From positions 629,583 through 693,582 of the forward strand of contig NW_005434669.1 of the NCBI RefSeq assembly GCF_000315625.1: a stretch of 64,000 bases of DNA. The letters are read 5' to 3'. Source of the stretch: Guillardia theta CCMP2712. Taxonomy: Eukaryota; Protista; Cryptophyta. The notes under the pieces were generated by a model. That model worked only from the letters and a program-made list of their open reading frames with translations, did not search any database and was not told where the DNA came from. The position numbers and the translations under genes are program-made. The first letter of the stretch is position 1, and each line of letters begins with the position of its first letter. Below, in pieces: positions 61,460-64,000 of this stretch.

Positions 61460-64000
61460 CGGTCTTGTTTTGTTGTGGGCCGGCGTGTTTGTGCAGCTTC
61501 CGAGTCCGACTCTGGCGCTGTGTGCCTGCAGGCCTCGCTGACTGAGAATGTTTGCTTGACGGTTTAGTTCCGCCTGCTTTCTTTTGCTTGAGGCACTTTA
61601 CCTTCTGCGCACTGAGTAACTCGACTCGCGGGGTTGAATCTCAAGCTTCAAATCAGCCAATATGTACTTCTTCATAGCGGAGGCAGCTGCAACGGCATCC
61701 TCGAGTGGCCCAACTGGCTCGAACAGAGGGGAAAAGGTCTGCGACATGGAGGATGCTGTTGCAGCTACGTCCGCCGATCTGAAGGCTTGCGATTCAACCT
61801 CGCCGAGTCGAAAGTTTACCGTAGTACTGGCATTCCCTCCTGGCACCAACACCCAGGCTAGGGTGCTTGCTGCGGCTGGTCCGAGCTCGCCTGCCTCCGA
61901 TGCCGCACAGCCCCGCCGGGTCCTTGGGCATTGATGCAGCGTCGCCGCCGTCACGGGTGGTGTTGGTCTCGGCTACCGCTGACTCGTAAATCCACTACTC
62001 CCGCAGGCTAGTGAGGAGGACTTGATGACGGTCACCTCGAGCGGTACCGTGCAGTCACCGTGGCACAGTGAGCGCCGGCTCCTTGTCAGCGGCTGCTCTT
62101 TCTCCGTCCGCGGCCGCCAGCTTTGCGGCGGCCCGGCGCGGACGCACGGTCTCGACCGTACTGACAGCGGTCAGTCGGATGCCCCCGGGTATCGAAAGAC
62201 CTCAGCAGCAGGTCCGTCATCAGGCACGAAGTGCCGACCAAACGCCGCATCCTCAAGAGGCATCGAGCGCTGCCAGTGAGCACTGCGGCAATCATCGGAT
62301 GTCCGCCAGATACCAGATGAAGCAGAGGGTGTCAGGATTGTCAGATTTACTGGCAGAAGTCAAAAAGTGCCTCAAGCAAAACAATCAGGATGCAGGGTAC
62401 CGTCCGTCGAGATGGCAAGAGGCCCGGATGAACGCTCGAGGAGGAGGAGTCATGGCATATGCAGCGCGATGTTTGCGAATCTTCTCAGACGCTGCAACAT
62501 GGAGGGCGTCGAGGTTGACCTCCCCCCACTTGGTCAGGTCGGCAGAGCTACCAATGTACTACCGGGTTTACAGGGTGGACCATCAAGCCCTCGTACTGCT
62601 CGGACCCTCGATCGCGGATTCCAGGGATGTGGATATCGCCCTTCATCTTGCGGCCATGAGGATGGGAGGGGGTTGTTTTCGGGCTTGTGTTTTGTTTGTG
62701 ATTGTGCAGCTTCTCGCTGTGCGCTGTGTGCCAGGAGGTTTAGCTTGTTCCTGCTTTGTTTTGCTTGAGGCAGAAGCAGACAAGGAGCCGGCGTTGCCCG
62801 GGGGTCCGCCTGGGGCAGCGGACGGAGGGAAAGAAGATAAGAGCAGCGGACGGAGGGAAAGAAGATAAGAGGGAGGCTGGACACAGGAACACGGTACCGC
62901 TCGAGGTAGTCCTCCCTCGCTAGCCTCCGAGTCAGCGGTAGCCGAGTCAGTGGTAGCCGCCCGTGACGGCGGCGACGCCGCGGCAATGCCCAAGGACCGG
63001 CGTGACCCGACCGCAGCTTCTCGCTGTGGACTGTGTGCCTGGAGGTTTAGCTTGTTCCTGCTTTGTTTTGCTTGAGGCAGAAGCATAGGATTTACTGGCA
63101 GAAGGTAAAAACTGAGTGCCTCAAGCAAAACACTTTTTACCTTCTGCCAGTAAATCCTATAAATCGTCGGACCGATGCCGGGGAGGAAGCAGGCGAGCTC
63201 GGACCAGCAGCAAGCACCCCAGTGGTGTCGAGCTCTCCGGAGGCACCCGACGTCACAGTGAGGGACGGAGGCTCCTCGCCAGCTCCGCGCCCATCGTCGG
63301 GGCCACTCGCAACCCGAAGGGTGTCCCCCATCGGAGTCGGAGACCTCCGGCGAAGACTCCTCGGGCGACTCGACAAAGTCCGAGGAGGAGCTGTCCTCTG
63401 GCTCGAGGAGTGCTTGCGCCCGCAAGGGCGTCATGCGCCTGGCACCAGACAAGAGCGCTTCCAGCGTCAGCTGCATGGTGAGGCGCTGATAGGTGGCGGC
63501 GCGTTTGCGAGCCAAGACCTCAGCAGCAGGTCCGTCATCAGGCACGAAGTGCCGACCAAACGCCGCATCCTCAAGAGGCATTGAGCGCTGAGCAATGATG
63601 TCCGCGAGATACCAGATGAAGCGGAGGGTGTCAGGATGCAGGGTACCGTCCGTCGAGATGGCAAGAGGGATGAACGCTCGAGGAGGAGTAGTCATGGCAT
63701 ATGCAGCGCGATGTTTGCGAATCTTCTCAGACGCTGCGTCTCGAGCTACTACCCCCTCAAGGCCTTCCCGCACCGCCGCGGCGTAGTATGCTCAGATGCT
63801 CGACTGCTATCTCCATGGCATGCCGATCTGCCAGTGTCCGACGGAATGTGATGGATGTCAGCGCGAGCTCGATCCCTCCGTTGCTGCACATCATCTCCAG
63901 ACCTGCAAACGCCGATCCTCCAAGCTTCCCACGGCGCATGACAACCTTACTCGTACGATTCGGTCGATGCTGAACGAAGCTGGTCTTCAGAGCGTCATCG
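61460..64000 (-). mobile_element. Rearranged remnants of an RLE-type non-LTR retrotransposon (3' part; continues beyond window)
   Basis: Frameshifted RADI...EIAVEH...DAASEKIRKHRAAY...AFIPLAISTDGTLHPDTLRF matches restriction-like endonuclease C-termini. 63513-63740 is duplicated at ~62197-62495. A 3' segment recurs at ~61490, 62706 and 63013. Confidence 0.65.
63085..63160. repeat. Perfect 27-bp inverted repeat with 22-nt loop
   Basis: ATAGGATTTACTGGCAGAAGGTAAAAA (63085-63111) pairs with TTTTTACCTTCTGCCAGTAAATCCTAT (63134-63160). Confidence 0.95.

Noticed and set aside
1-64000. tRNA, rRNA or prokaryotic operon/defence system
   Set aside because: None recognisable by eye; the genes are spliceosomal-intron eukaryotic genes. 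A tRNAscan/Infernal run would be needed to exclude small RNAs.

Overview
Compact, intron-rich eukaryotic nuclear DNA: 40-55 nt GT-AG introns with CTGAC/CTAAN branch sites, GA/CT microsatellites and two 100-N gaps. The style fits a cryptophyte alga such as Guillardia theta (inference only). Most short six-frame ORFs are exon fragments or antisense shadows, so gene models were stitched by eye and their ends are approximate. Genes, left to right: 5'-truncated IP3-receptor-type Ca2+ release channel; EF-hand protein; secreted Cys-rich GCC2/GCC3-repeat protein; stand-alone BPNT1-like pAp/inositol-bisphosphate phosphatase; membrane-anchored histidine phosphatase; TrmB tRNA m7G46 methyltransferase fused in frame to a near-identical inverted copy of that phosphatase; TM9SF; hypothetical; Ssu72; soluble-type nucleotidyl cyclase with a cNMP-binding domain inserted in its first catalytic domain; TRIC/UPF0126 channel; CCDC81-like; TMEM214-like; probable plastid-targeted hypothetical; degenerate kinesin; 2OG-Fe(II) oxygenase-like protein; decayed P-superfamily DNA transposon with TIRs and TSD; Cdc14; hypothetical; reticulon; rearranged RLE-type non-LTR retrotransposon remnant. 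Best candidates for new biology: (1) the TrmB-pAp phosphatase fusion, which joins two activities genetically linked in yeast rapid tRNA decay, plus its precisely bounded duplicate; (2) the cNMP-sensor-embedded cyclase; (3) the IP3R with altered ligand site and pore; (4) the switch-less kinesin.
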